A stretch of DNA of 55,036 nucleotides, filler included, from Bipalium vagum (lineage: Eukaryota), in assembly GCA_037834085.1 (NCBI GenBank). It is 3 parts of 3 records of this genome, joined end to end, with 100 filler letters (N's around TTAATTAATTAA, not from the genome) between each part and the next. Parts side by side here need not be neighbours in the genome. Positions count along the whole stretch, not along the records: positions 15,804 to 38,110 come from JBBMKC010223787.1; positions 38,211 to 55,036 come from JBBMKC010091827.1; 1 more part is not named here. One strand, 5' to 3'. A program made the position numbers and the translations under genes. This document shows, in pieces, positions 36,050 to 50,649 of this stretch. The notes under the pieces are model-generated. The model searched no databases. It was given only the letters and a program-made list of their open reading frames with translations, and had not been told where the DNA came from. The stretch's first letter is position 1. Every line of letters starts with the position of its first letter.

Positions 36050-36702
36050 CGGTAGAAAACCTTCTATTCTTGAAGCAAGCGGTTCCAGGGATGAATAGGG
36101 GATTGTCTTTTACAAATTGGGTCGCACAAGGTCGTGGAATCGTTTTGATGAACCACTAAAATCTTCATCAAAGGCAGGAATGCACCCCAAAAAGATCATG
36201 CCTGCCGTTTGGTGGGATTTTAAAGGTTTAATTTATTACTACCTGTTATCATCTTGTCAAACGATTAATTCGGATGTATATTGCTCACAATTGACAAAGC
36301 TGAACAAGGCAATCCACGAAAAGCGTCCAATATTGGTAAATTCTAAACGTACTGTCTACCAACCCGACAATATACCATAAATATCCTTAGTCACCAGGAG
36401 CACATTATTGGCTCTTATTTTCTGCCTCATCCTCCATACTCATAGTATCATGTTTTTCGGCCGCTTCAGAATTTTCAGAAAGGAAAAATATTCAATGAAA
36501 ATTCAATATTCAGTAGACACATTAACACTTTCCCCAAAACCCCAGGGTTTCTACGAACGTGGTATCAAGAATTTAGCGGAAAGATGGAGAAAGAATATTA
36601 TTAAGGGTGAACATGTAATTGATTAAAATATTTTTTGTCAAAAAGATATTTTGATTTTATCTTTTCATTAAATTTCGCATGAACTTTCCAACTAACCAAT
36701 AA
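36050..36702 (+). mobile_element. mariner 3' half
   Basis: HPKKIMPAVWWDFKGLIYY...TINSDVYCSQL...RGIKNLAERWR. 3' TIR ATGAACTTTCCAACTAACCAA|TA. Confidence 0.85.
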
Positions 36703-36949
36703 ATTAAATAAATAAATCATTGGAGTGTTTTTCATGCAAATATTAAATTATTGTCATTTATCATTGATTTGTGGTCAGTCTATTGTGCGCTTATTATTCT
36801 CATCTCGGTATCTACAAGCTCCACCGATTGGCCCTAGATCCTCTGAGACCCACAGCAGCTTCTCCTAATTTTTCAACGACTATTAGCTTGATTGTCTTGT
36901 CATCTTTATTTCTCAAATTATAAAAAAATTATTAATTGGACTCGTTTCA

Positions 36950-37469
36950 AACCATTCTTTTTAATATCATAATGGATAATTGCTAAATTCATAAAGGTGT
37001 AGAAATTGAAAGATTGATTGCTCAAAAGGATTACCGTTTATTATTTACACCATCTTACATTCCACAATTGAACGCAATCGAAAAGGTTTTGGCGAAGTGG
37101 AAGAATATTATTAAATCTAGAAACCCGGACAAAAATGCAGAATTACTTACTGCAATATTTAATGGAATGAATGAAATCATCGAAAATGATTGTACTGGGT
37201 TTTTTTTAATCACGTTCGTGAGTTTGCTGTTGTTGGTATCCGAAGAGAAAGATTTTAATGCTACTATTACTGTTTTTTTAATATATTTTAAAATTCGTAG
37301 TGTATTTATATAATTAAAGTAAATTAAATTGTTTGATATTTAGAATTAAACATATTAAATAATGATTAACTACTTTTGTATAAAGATTAAAATATTTACA
37401 TAAGGATTAAAATATATTGGGTGCAGATTAAAATAGACTGCATTAGAATTAAATAATCGTGTAAACTTG
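36950..37469 (+). mobile_element. IS630/Tc1-like DD34E 3' fragment with subterminal GATTAAAATA repeats
   Basis: IIMDNC*IHK...LLFTPSYIPQLNAIE with 34 residues between D and E. Repeated GATTAAAATA at ~37385-37435. Confidence 0.75.
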
Positions 37470-38210
37470 ATCGCTCAGAATCAATGGTCCGTAATGACGA
37501 ATTATAAATTATCAGGGTTCTTCTTTTTATTGAGTTTAGTTAAGTGTCAGCAAACAAACAATGTTAAATCATTTAGCTGATAATCAGAAAAGTAAAAAAG
37601 TTATAAATTGCGTCCAAATGTGAAATCCAGAGTATGTATGATTCGTTTTGAATTCATGAAACCTGGTTATTCAACCACAACCAAAACCATCTGATAAAAA
37701 TGATTAGTCAATATATCAACTCTCATTTTATTTGTACAAATAATCAGGACCAAACTACAGGAATGTAATTTTTGACTTTTTAATAACCCTTCGTACTTCG
37801 AGACATAACTCCACTGAATACCATTTCTTCTGCAATTTTGATAATATTTTATTAAGCAAACAATTCAAATCTGATAATAATGTAAAACTGGCCTTCCAGG
37901 AATTAATTGACATTCATCAACCAGGGTATTATATAACCAGCCTGAACAAACGGCTACTTACATGACAAAAAATAACAATATGGGTGAACAGTTTGACGAA
38001 TAACATTGTTAGTGAAAATTAATCGGAGATACTGGGATTCGAACGAACAAAATTGTATTTTTACAACAAGTCTTTACAAATAATTGAAAATAAATCAATT
38101 GCACATTTCTNNNNNNNNNNNNNNNNNNNNNNNNNNNNNNNNNNNNNNNNNNNNTTAATTAATTAANNNNNNNNNNNNNNNNNNNNNNNNNNNNNNNNNN
38201 NNNNNNNNNN

Positions 38211-38276
<66 letters not shown>
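38211..38276. repeat. (TTA)n microsatellite
   Basis: Perfect trinucleotide run adjoining an N-run. Confidence 0.98.
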
Positions 38277-40962
38277 CATTAATGTTTGTCACATAAAAAT
38301 TATTTAATAAAAGAAAATTTTTTATGTAGATTAATGAATTAGGTTTCAAAAATCAATTCTGGTTTTATCGATTTTTATTAATTTTTTATTTTTATTTTAT
38401 TCTATTATTTATGTCAATATATTGATTTTTATTAAATTTATAAATATTGATATTCTATTTATTTATGAAAACAAGCATCACTAAATATTTTGTGACACAT
38501 TACTTTGTTTATTTTTTTTTTGATAAATTAGGAAATTGGGTCAGTGTACTTTTTCAGGGATAGAAAAGTTTTCTGAATAGTATTGTAATCCGTTTGAAGT
38601 GAGCTCTGACCGAAAAAAGTGCCAGAATGAGTGAACAGACATAAAAAGATAAGTTTAAAATATGACGACGCCTGACCAGATTCGGCTGTTGAGAATTACT
38701 TAAAAAGTACTAACTGGAAAGTCTTTAATCAGGCGCCAGATGGCTACATTTGATATATTTGAAAATCTGTAACAGTAAATACGCAGTAAAAACACAACTT
38801 TCCTGATTTTCACAGGAATATATAGATGAAATCTTGTTCATAATAACAAAAGTCAGCATACTTTCGACAGAAATCTTTGTACTTCTTCTATCTGGATTTA
38901 TGTCTTAAGCATTCGATATATCAACTGAGAACCATTCAATTTTGATGCCTAATCAAAATGAGCTTCATCATTTGCATTTATGCAAATCAGTCTTTGTTGA
39001 TATTATGCCAGAGACTTTTTGACAATATTGACATCGTTTTGGTTTCGGACAGTCGAGGCGACGATCTTGGCACCGGCGTTGGAAAGGGATTCGTGATGGA
39101 CAATGATTGACATCGATCCTGTATCACAATTTCTCGTTTCGATAATCGGATTTCTAAGGATGTTGAAGTTCATCTCCATACACTGCATCATTTTCGTAGC
39201 GGATCTTTTTTATTAGAACAATTTCTTATTTTTCATAATTTAATTACCAGAATCTATAATGAAACCATTCGGAAACATGGAACCAGTCCAATATAGATAA
39301 CGAATGTCTTAACTCGAATAACTAAAATGACAAGGGTTTTTTGAGTTCAGGTCGGTTTGGTGATCCAAGGGATATTGAACACGAGTAAAAGTTTTCTAAC
39401 GAAACAAAAGCGGAAATATTGAAAGGTGGGGATTTTGAAACTATGAAAACGGGTGGAATCTAATTAATTTTTATTATTAATTTATATTAATATCAAGTAT
39501 GTTATTAATATTGGTTATTAATGCGTTCCGCTTAACATTAGTGTCGGTGTTTCATTTGATCACCACACATTGACATTGTTGATCTGTTGAAAGAGAAATG
39601 AAAGACCAACATACCGTAAACCAGAATATCTTTATCAATACCTTGGAGGCGATTGAGAAATTAGTTCGTGAAAATTGTGTAATCATCCAAGAACGAAGAT
39701 GGGAATTATCAGAGGAAAATGTTCTCATCTCATTTGGTTTTCCTATTATTTATACTTTGACGACTTTGAAAAACGCAACAGGATCAGATTAAATGAGAAC
39801 TTTTAATCAGGCACGGTACTCCCAGGCGGTAGTGTTAAATAATCACTCTATTACGAGTTAATTATCTGGTATTAGTTTTCTATTAAGACAGTTTTATGAT
39901 GGTTGCTTGTGATCCTTTGAGCATCACATTTTAATGATTTATTTCTAAATCAAACAGGATTTGTTGAATTCTTTTCCCTTTTTAGATTATTATGAATATT
40001 ACTACAATGATTTACTTATTTGCCCAAGTCGCAAACTTTTTCTGGATGTTCGTGGAGGGTCTGTATCTGTTCACAATTATTGCTTGGACATACGGAGTAG
40101 ATCGGTTCAAAATATGGCATTACAGTATCATTGGATGGGGTGAGCTTTGGTTCAATTTTATTTAATAATATGATTCTCAGCGTACTGAGATTGAGGAGGA
40201 TCTTTTTCTCTTATGTGACACTTTGTGTGAAAGGCCATTAAAAATTTGTAAAAATTAAATAAAGAATAACTAACTAAATATGATAAAATTACCCTTTTAT
40301 AAATTCTAAACTCGATCAGTCGTCTGATCGCAGGTCTTTCTCTATGGAAATATTGTTTATCTAATTAGCAAAGCTCTCAGCCTTTTAATGAAATAACTAT
40401 TGCTGAGAGGGAAAATATAATGCGTGGATTTTCGACTGATTATACTCAATACATCGGCGATTATAAAAAGTCAAACATTGGAAAGAAATCTGAGGATCGT
40501 TTTCATTTATTATTATTATACAAATGTTTGTAATATAACAAGCAATAAACCTTATCATTTATCTGTGACCATGTTTTAATAATTTAATTTTCGTAATTAA
40601 AAATAAATTATATATTTTTAAATTACTCTTAATAAAAATTTTAGATAATTAATTTGTTTAAATAAATAAAGAGAAAAAACTTTTTCAACAACCCAATCCT
40701 TTTCATCAATAAATATTATACTCAATCTTTACTTAATTAATTATGAAAGTGCAGATAACGTGGCAGTAAATAACAATAATAATATAAAATTATAAAATAA
40801 TAATAATATATTATAAAATAAATTTATATAAATTATTTTAAAATAAGACAAAAATTGAAATAATAATTTAACAAAATTAAAAAAGTATTTATTGATTAAG
40901 TGTATGTTCTTTTTTGAAATGTTACATAATCCTATATTGTTTACCTTACATGATGTATGACA

Positions 40963-41539
40963 CAGTGGAGTTCGGTATATCTATATATGTCTAATTCGTT
41001 TATTTAATCCACAAAGCTTATGAAATCCTCTTTTGTAATATAGGAGTTTGTCATTTGTATGGTTCGTCAAATCCGGAAGGAAAATCCAAAAAAAAATTTT
41101 TTTTTGAAATCCGGATAAATTTTGTTTTATTAACAAAAAATGTTTACTTATTTCAAAGGTCTTATGGAGAGCACTTTCTTGGGCTTTTATTTTCGGGAAT
41201 GTGGAAAGACCAATTGAAAAATGACTTTAAATATCAATTTTTCCTTGGTTTTGTCTTCGTCATTTCCAACTGCTTGATTTTGTCTACAGTTGATGACAAC
41301 AATCTTTTATCTTTCTTAAAAGCATCGAGTCTATATAGAAATCTATATTATACGTCCCACAAGGGGTATCGTTATATAATAGTAATCACTTACATCAGGG
41401 TTCAATTATAATTTTTATTTTCTGTTATATACGGGGTTCCATTACACCCGGATCACTTGTATCCGCATCATTTCATTGTTAAAATAGATGTACGGGAAGT
41501 CGGACTTCAAAAAAAATCTATTACATCCGGGTTCTACTG
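40963..41539. mobile_element. Non-autonomous Tigger/pogo derivative
   Basis: Ends CAGTGGAGTTCGG ... CCGGGTTCTACTG, with internal ATCCGG repeats. Confidence 0.65.
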
Positions 41540-41595
41540 AATGTTATTAAAAATGTTGAATTTAAATATAAAAATAATTAATGTATAATATAATA

Positions 41596-41669
41596 CAGTG
41601 GAGTTCGTTTAAAAGCACCCTCGATATATGCACATATAGCTTATAAACACTCTTAAGCGGGTTCTACTG
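41596..41669. mobile_element. 74-bp Tigger-type mini element
   Basis: TA|CAGTGGAGTTCGTTTAAAAG ... CTCTTAAGCGGGTTCTACTG|TA. Confidence 0.75.
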
Positions 41670-42149
41670 TATATAATAATTATACTTTTTTCTATAAATA
41701 TTACTATCAAGTCCCATTTACTCCAATCATGTAGATCAAATTCAAAAGTAGTATTTATGTAAAATATATTAATAAATGAACACCATTGTCATTATTGTCC
41801 TGAGACTACGTTATTTTATCATCGCTGGAAATATTGTGTTGTAAATTATAAATAATGATATCATTGAATAATAATCATAATAATATCATTGCAATGAAAA
41901 TCCTTGTAATTGACAATCTACTGAAGGCTGTATAAGACATGATTGACAAATCATGTCATTTTTGACATCCTCTCAACTGAGAGGCAGTTCTAAACACTGG
42001 CTTGGTGAAATCTCAGAATTTCTTCATTATCATCAACAAATGTGCTAATGCACCAGCCACTGTCACTCATTAAATCGATTAACTAAAATCAATCATAGTT
42101 CTCAGGACTCTATTTTGAAACCATTGAACAATATTTGAGTTACATTTAA

Positions 42150-42230
42150 AATAATAATAATAATATTATTATTATTATTAAAATAATAATAATATTATTA
42201 TTATTAAAATAATAATAATAATAATAATAA
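42150..42230. repeat. Alternating (AAT)n/(ATT)n simple repeat
   Basis: Directly visible. Forms AT-only quasi-palindromes. Confidence 0.85.
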
Positions 42231-43067
42231 AAAGATAACGTCTTTGTGATTGACTTGAGAAAGTGTTCTTATCTGTTTTGTGAATAATTTTTATTGAAAT
42301 TATTTGTCAAGGATTAAAATGAGTTTTAAAGGTTAAAAATATAATTTCTTGTAAAACTGGTTTATAACTTATGAAAACACAACAAAAAATCTCTTTCTAA
42401 TTTGAAAGAACAATTGGTAAAATTTTTCGGAAACAAAATAGGACGAATCAGAAAATATTGAAAATAATTAACTACCAAGGAGGATCTTGAAATGAGTACT
42501 TGGGAATTGATGGATGATGGTCCTAGTTGATAAAAATCCTTCGATACCTTTATTGATTTTTAAGAACCTATATAGCTGGAAAAGAGCTTTGTACTAAATT
42601 GTTATCGGAAAATATTATTAAAATTTCATTTTGTTAAACGCAAATTTGATTGGATTAATTTAAACAAACAATTTATTATTAATGATCATTTTCAATTGAA
42701 GACTAAATTCCCCCAGATTTGCAAGCCACGGCAACCCCGGCAGTAATAATTCACAATTATCAGTCGGAGTAATTTTTTTTTCTCAGCAAACTTTTTGTTT
42801 TTTAAAACCTTCTCGTTGTAGTCCGAGCCTGGAAAAATAAATCCATCATATTTTCAGTGATCCACTGACATTATAACAATTATTATAATTTTGGAAATCT
42901 GACCCACAGGTCGATATATGTTAGCATTAGATAAGAATAAAAGTTAAATTGAGATCTGAAATCACGATAAAATATTTTATTTCTTTAATGAGAGTCACTG
43001 AAATTTACGTTACATATTATTGATTGTATATGTATGTTGATATTTTTTATAAATAATGTATATTATA

Positions 43068-44348
43068 TTATGTGTACAACTATGACTCCGGCTTTTTTTA
43101 AAATGATAATAAAAATTTTGTTTGCATATATATCTAAATTATATTTAATTTATTTATAAACAAAAATATCATATAATTAATAATATCACAATAATATATA
43201 TCACGATAATAATATCAGACAGTTGTTTTAATATTCACTGTATAAATATTATAGCGATTCAAAATGTCAATATTCATCCCAAATAAACGACATTTGAGGG
43301 AAGTAATTCTACATTGCTTTATTGCCAAGAAAACTGCAGCGGAAACATACCACCTGCTTCGAGATACCTATGGAGAACATGGTCTTTCGATGACCACATG
43401 TAAAGATTGGTTTTGCCGTTTTAGAAATGGCCAATGTGATTCGATCGACAAGGAGCATGGGATGCCACACAAACAATGTAAAGATAGAGATTTGAGAAGA
43501 CTGTTGGACGAAGACCCATGCCAAACACAATCTGATCTGGCTGTCGCATTAAATGTAACTCAACAATGCATTTCAAAACGTCTGACAGCTTTAGGAATTA
43601 TTCTAAAATTAGGAATTTGAATCCCACATGAATTGACAGAAAGATGCATTGAATAACGAAAAACAATTTGTGATGTCCTTCTTCAGAGACAAAAAAGGAA
43701 AAGTAGGAGACGAAAAATGGATTCGTTATGACAATCCAAAACGCAAAGCAGCTTTGGTGATGCCAGGTGAGCCCGGTCCAGCAACATCGAAACAAAATGT
43801 CCACGGTTTGAAAGTTATGTTGTGTATCTTGTGAGATCAGAAAGGAGTGATCTATTATGAGTTTTTAAAATTTCTCAAACACTAACTGGTGAACTTTATC
43901 GATCACAATTAATTCTTTTGAAGCAAGTTTGAATGAAAAACGACCGGGATGGGTGACTAGACACGAAAAGATAATTTTACAACATGATAACGCAAGACCA
44001 CAAGTTAATTCAGTTGTAAATAATTACTTAGAAGGTGCAAAGTGTGAAGTCTTACCTGACCCGCCAGACATCGCTCCTTCGGATTACCATTTGTTCTGCT
44101 CTTTGCAATCAGCACTTTCCGGAGAGCTGTTCAGTTCCCTTGAAGACCTCCAAAAATTGGATTACAACTGAATTTCATCAACAGAGCCAGAGTTTTTCTT
44201 TCATGGAATTCATTCGTTACCTGAAAGATGGGCAAAGGTTGTAGCTTCCAATGGAACATATTTTCGATAAATGTTTTTAAATAAAATTTGTAATAAATAT
44301 CTTTGTTTTCTTATTTAAAAAAAGCCTGAGTCATAGTTGTACACCTAA
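43068..44348 (+). mobile_element. Full-length Mos1-like (mauritiana-type) mariner, pseudogenised
   Basis: TIRs containing GTGTACAACTATGACTC at both ends. MSIFIPNKRHLREVILHCF..., *IPHEL, GDEKWIRYDNPKRK, IILQHDNARP, PDIAPSDYHLF. Stops and frameshifts. Confidence 0.95.
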
Positions 44349-44539
44349 ATAAATTTATATATAAATATATAATAATAAATATAAATAAATATTTAAAATC
44401 ATAATTTAAACTACAATAATATAAAATATGAAATAATATACGAAAAATATATTAATATAATATAATATAAAAATAAGTTAATATAAAATTTAAATAATAT
44501 TTTAACAATTTATAAAATTTTTAATAAATATTAAATCAT

Positions 44540-44870
44540 TAGGTGAAAATAAAAAGAAGACATCATTTATAAAGTTTAGTCAACGATAGCCATCTCGCCA
44601 TCCTCTAGAATTTAATCATAGTTTAATTCATTTAGATTTCATATTTGAGGTTTTTGCTCTTTAAGTGATCCATATACTAAAGTCCCAATTGTTCATGTTT
44701 TGAAATAAATGTTTCTTTAAATGACTAATATAAGTCAAGATAGCCTTCTTAGAGCGCATTCTTAACACAGGAGACAGATATCTTCTCTTTACAATTTGTT
44801 GACCCAGGTAATCACTTTCAATTCCTTCCTTATTTGGTACACTTCATTCGTTCTTTAATAAACTCATAAA
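44540..44870 (-). mobile_element. Tc1-like N-terminal/central fragment
   Basis: Degenerate DISVSCVKNALRR..L....K segment typical of the Tc1 second HTH. Confidence 0.4.
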
Positions 44871-46618
44871 TTTTACATCATATGTAGTTTTAAAGGATTT
44901 CAATTTGCCTATATCTAAAGGTGAAAAATATGTCTTTCTTGTTGCAAAGATAAATATTCGCTAAATTTTAATTTGTCTATAAAATCTTAATGAGAAATGT
45001 TCTTACAATCTGAGAATTTGCTAATTTGAGAAGTGTAGTTTATCTTCTTAAAGATAAGTGTTAATGCTTTAAAAATCAATTCAACCATTTTTGTGATATT
45101 TTAAAACTCATTATGCGCCATATTGTGTGCCATCTGAATGTAATGGTTTGAATATATGCATTACTGATATCAAAGACAATATCTGATGCTATGCAATCCA
45201 GTCATAAATATCTGCCTCAATTTCTGTAAAAATTTAATGCCTGCATGTGTCACATTATTTTCTAACTGAATTTCCAATTTCACACTGCATCAAAAGCTGT
45301 TTATAATCATATCGCAACTTTCTGATCGCCAGATCAATTTTTTTGTTTTTACATAATTATGTTACATTTTTCCTTTGTGAGTCATGTATATATATTTTTT
45401 AACTGCAACGCATATTTTTATCTAGAACCCATTTTGAATGTTATTTTCAAAATTTTATGTTTAAAAAAATAATATTGATTTATTAATTAATTCAATAACA
45501 AATCTTTAAACTTTTAGGGCTCATTTAATGAATGGAGTTTATTTTTAAACGTCATTTAGTTCTCTCAGCAATTGTTTTTTTATTTCTTTAATTTTCTGAA
45601 AACGCTTTCTTTTCATTCCTTCTTCATCTTTGGGGAAGAAAAGGTTGCAGAGACCGAATCTGTAGAATATACTGTAAACACATTTTAAAATGATTGCTAT
45701 ATCTAAGATAAACATTAAATAAAGTAAATAATTTAAACAAATGTCAATTAACGATTAATAAATGTTACCAACAAAAAATGATCCATCAGGTAAATGTAGC
45801 CCGAGACTATAAAAATTGCACGAATTTATATTACATTTATTATTATATTATTTTATATTAATTTATAATTAATTAACAATTCAAATATCAGGGTTTTCAT
45901 TACTTTTAAAAATTCATTATCTCTAAGATTTGTATTTGGCAGAAATATTTCTTAGTGTTTCCTAGTAAGACTACAATAAGATTTTCTTCTAATGACATAA
46001 AAAATTAAGAGGCTTAAAGTTCATTGATAATTCGTTCTTCCAGTTGATTATCAGAAATATCACCTTGGATGTCTGTTACATGTTATTAAGAGGGAGATTA
46101 TGAAGGAGAACAAAGATAGCATCACTCCTTAATCAGAATATGAAAATAGATTAAAATTAAAAATCTTTTCTTAAATAATATATATTCTTGCTGAATTGGA
46201 ATATGCTGAGAATATCATTTATTTTGTAATACAGACCAGTAGGTCAACTTTTATCTGGGATGGGTGGTTTCTATTTTTTACAGATTATCAGGCTGGTTAT
46301 TATTTCAATAAAAATAATTTATTTTTAACACCTCAGAATAAAAATATGTAAAAAATTCAATTTTATCACTCCTTTCAAATCTTCACATGCGCAGCTGAAC
46401 CGCTTCGAAAACCCTGACCTGTATTTGATGGTTCTGTCAGAGTAAGAAAGACTTGACAGAAACACTCATCTTATTTGTTCAGTTGTCCGTATCCAAACAA
46501 TTCTTAAACTTAATTAACCAACACAATTTACAAACTCTGTTTTTGCGACTCTGTCTGCTTATGATATCTTAAGTTTTAATTTATCTTAATGTACAGAGTT
46601 CGGGAGATTATGTGATAG

Positions 46619-46669
<51 letters not shown>
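46619..46669. repeat. (ATT)n microsatellite
   Basis: Perfect trinucleotide run. Confidence 0.98.
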
Positions 46670-46670
<1 letters not shown>

Positions 46671-48699
46671 TGCAAAACTGTGAGTGAAATAATAGACTTC
46701 ATTAAATTAGATAATTTTATTTTAAATTTTAATGTAATATAACACATTTTATTATTATATTTATCTTCACTTTGTAAAACCATGACGCATCATTGTTATA
46801 TTAATTAAACTATTAATATTTAAATTAACCAAGCCATACTAGGCGACTCCTTCGCTTTTATTGTGCTTAGAATCAACGGTTATCATATGGACAACTCACG
46901 CAATAAGACACTAAACTTTATTGTTCTCTAATACAACAAGATTGCAAAATAAATGTCAATATGGTTCCCCAATGTTATACAATCAATCACAAACCAATTA
47001 ACACTGTAGATTGTGGTCTTAATAGGCCGTAGAGAAGTTGAGAAAATAAATCAGGCAATATTAACTGGCATTGCAATAAAAACAATAACTACAGACATCA
47101 AAATGTACTTTGAAAGAGGAAATATAAAACATTTCTCATTTAAAGCATCCATGTTCTTATTGCTTTTATTTTTTATTATTCATTTTTTATAAATTTTTTA
47201 ATTTTACTATTATTAGATAAAAAGATTAAAGATAAATTATGTAATATTTTATTTCAACAGGCATTCCCTTTATTCTGGCTGGTGCTGCTTCAATTTCCAT
47301 CTATTTGTTAATAGGACCTCGGGGGTAATTTTTTATTTTATTAATAAAAATAATTAATAAACGATAAATCTTCTCTGCTTTCATTTCTGGAGTGATAGAA
47401 TCGTTTGATTTATGTTCTTCATAATTTCGCTTTTAATTTTTATTTTCAATACTTTTTCTCTGAAGATATTCCTAAGGAGTATTATTAATTTTCTCCAAAC
47501 AGCAGCTGAAATTACTGCTTGACGAATTTTTAGGATTTATAGCTCTGTAATTTCAAGGTTCATCGGTTCGTTTGAAAACAATAATTATTATAATTATCAT
47601 AAGCTGCTTTTCAATTTTCGCCTTTCTTCACGTCAGCCTGATAGTGAACATTTTTTCATATACTAAAGCAGTGAGCAGAATTTTCTATTCCTGTTCGGCT
47701 TGATCATGAGAGACATTCAAGAGATATGTCAGACCTTTGGAGCAGAATCTGAAATTCAACAAATATTTTCTTTATGAATTGAGATATTATTAAATTCCTT
47801 CACGCAAGCTATATTTTATGACAGTAAACTTTGGTGATAAAAGTTAATGACTGAACGAGATATATAGTTAAAATATCCTTCATATATAGGGTGTTCATTA
47901 TGTATGTTAACATATTTTCTTTTGAAAAAACAATTGATTAAATTTTGATATTGATAATATAGATTAAAATAAAAATTAATAATTTAGATTATTTTAAAAT
48001 ATAATGGTTATTCATTTTTCGATAGAAGAGAAAAATTCAAAATTTTTTGTTGAATGCCAAATTTGAAAATTTTCAGGAAGGAATCAGACAGTGAAAAAAA
48101 TTTCCCACTCCACCACCAGTTAGGTAGACGATGAAAACTAAAAGTTTGTGAAGACTGGCGTGTACATGGAAAGTTTGAAATTTCTTCATTTTACTTTTGG
48201 TAAGAGTATGAATTTAAGAAATGGTTGAAAAATAAACCATTAATCATTACGAAAAGTGCTCTTGAAGTATATATGTCTGTGAAGGGTTATTAGTAATAAC
48301 TTATTACAAAACCATAAGAAAACCAAGCTTTTACTCAAACTGGCAACCTCTATTTTACTTAGTAAAGACTATTTTCATAGAATATTGGATTTTGGTTTGA
48401 CAATATTGGTACAATTCAATTCCTAGGTAAAATGATTATATGATCGGAAAAAAGTAAGTTCATGCAAAATATTATTGTTGACTGCTACGAAACACTTAAT
48501 GTTCTTAATTCAAAACTTTGAATAGTGTGGTGTGGTTTCTCTTTAGAGGATATGATTGGACTCTGCTTAAAATGACAGGTCATCATACTTTGAAATGATG
48601 AATTGTAACTAGATCTTTTAAATACTTATACTATGATTTGGCACTGATACATTATTAGCATATGGTAAGAAAGTTTCTGGATAGAAAGTTCTCTATTTG

Positions 48700-49786
48700 G
48701 GGAGCTTGGAAGACAGCGTTCAATTTCATGACCTTATCGTTGGTCAAAAAGGCTTTTTCTTGAGTACAGAAGCAGACCTTCAATAACAAATCAGTGTCCA
48801 TAAGAACTGATCAAAAGTGGTTCAAAATATTCGACAAGGGTGACATGGACCTCAATGATTATCCTCGCAGTGGAAGTACCACCACTCTAGATTAGGAAGC
48901 TATTCTCAAAGCCGTAGAAATGAATACATCAAATAGTACGCGTAGGTTGTCGGCTGAGATCGGAACATCACAAAAATCCGTGGCTCGTCATCTACATCAA
49001 CATAACAAGCGATACAAGCGCGTTTCTGAAGTACTGCATGATTTGACGCCAAGTCAATCTGAACGCCGTTTGTCGATCTGTCATCAATTATTAAATAATC
49101 CAAATGATGAACGCTTTATACGTTGCATAGTCACGTGCGACGAAAATGGATATATTTTTATAATCCGAACAGGAGAAATCAATGGTTTGAACCAGGCCAG
49201 AAGACTAAGGCTGTTCCAAAATAAGATAGGTTTGGAAAAAGATCATGTTGTGAGTGTGATGGAACTTTGAGAGAATTATACACTTTGAAGTACTTCCAAA
49301 TGGAGAAAACATTACTGTCGAGTTATATTCTGCTCAACTCGATCGGATGTATCAACAATTAGCTATAAAATATCCTGCTTTAGTCAACAGAAAACGGGTG
49401 CTTCTGCAACAGGATAATGCATACTGCGCGAGTAACACAAAATAAAATTTCCAAATTAAAAGGAATTGAATTTTACTACATCCTGCATTCAGTTCATATC
49501 TAGCACCCAGCTATTATCACCTTTACCGATCAATGGGTCATTTCCTTAGAGGACGACAATTTGAGAATATAGAACAGGTTGAAAATAGATTTCGTGATTT
49601 TTTCCTTTCCAAAGATAAAGCATGGTACCAAAGTGACATCGAACAACTTGCCCATCGTTGAATTAAGACAGTTGAACATAATTTTCTTTATTTTTATGAA
49701 TAAAATTTGTTTGTTTGCTAGATTTTTATCTTTAAAACATGTATAATATTTTCATTAAAAACGCATGAACTAATGAATCAACCAAA
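48700..49786 (+). mobile_element. mariner element lacking its 5' end
   Basis: KWFKIFDKGDMDLNDYPRSG, IVTCDE.WIFY, VLLQQDNA, HPAFSSYLAPSYYHLYRSM. 3' TIR GCATGAACTAATGAATCAACCAAA|TA. Confidence 0.92.
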
Positions 49787-50649
49787 TACATCATATAATC
49801 CTTTACGTATTTAAATCGCCTTTTGACATAATCATTTTTCTCCATCTCGAAAATCTTTTCAATATGTTAATAAATGTTTCTTTTTTCATATACTTTTCTT
49901 CACTATTACTCTTCTTCCATACCTTTATTTTATATGTTTACATTTGATATTTATTTTTAGTAATTGGTTCTACAACTCAACCACTAAATCCATCAAAATG
50001 ATAGCAATTCATATACCTATCCTGATATCCGTGATTGTAAGTTTTTGGGTTTAGTATCTAAGTTTAATTTTAAATGTAACCCCTAAAAATATTTTCAAAA
50101 AAATAGTAAAGAACTCAGGAGGACATGTCCAAAAGAGTTCATTGAAATTATATTTTACAATTATTTTTCACAAAAAATTAATTGCTTGCCTCAGTCGAAC
50201 TAATTTCAACTAATATTACTACAGGCATAGAATGAAATGTTTCATGAAATACGTATCACCACTTGCCACTATACCGATATCTTAAATGACGTTATTTTGA
50301 ATCGACCATGCCATCTCTTTCTAATGGATCATGTAGTATGGGAAGAGGTCAGTAAATTCTCGCAGATCTATTAAGAACGGAATCCCACATCTTGCATATA
50401 TGCCTTTGTCAATAAAACATTCATGGGTATACCAACACTAAACATTTTTTACGGATTTTTAATATTTTGCCCATTTATTTGGTAACTTGATATCTTTAAA
50501 AATTAGGTCTTTCCATCATCTTATAAGTATATTTTTATGAGGTAAACACCCAATTATAACAAAATAAACATATAAAGACTTTAATCATAAAGTGTCAATA
50601 TAAAATCGGTCATCCTTTAGATTTAATGTACACTGAGACTCTTTGTGTC

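Noticed and set aside
37385-37455. Spaced GATTAAAATA repeats as a CRISPR-like array
   Set aside because: Repeats and spacers are too short, the context is eukaryotic, and they are explained as subterminal repeats of the adjacent DD34E element.
15704-38210. N-runs (15704-15803, 22701-22839, 31450-31606, 38111-38210), two enclosing TTAATTAATTAA
   Set aside because: Gaps or masked low-complexity sequence. ORFs crossing them (31415, 38155) are artefacts.
46586-46783. Poly-Ile ORF (and the poly-Asn ORF at 38155-38349)
   Set aside because: Translations of (ATT)n microsatellites.
44900-47800. Scattered coding-like patches (possible hAT or other transposase pieces)
   Set aside because: No motif could be read with enough confidence to assign a family.
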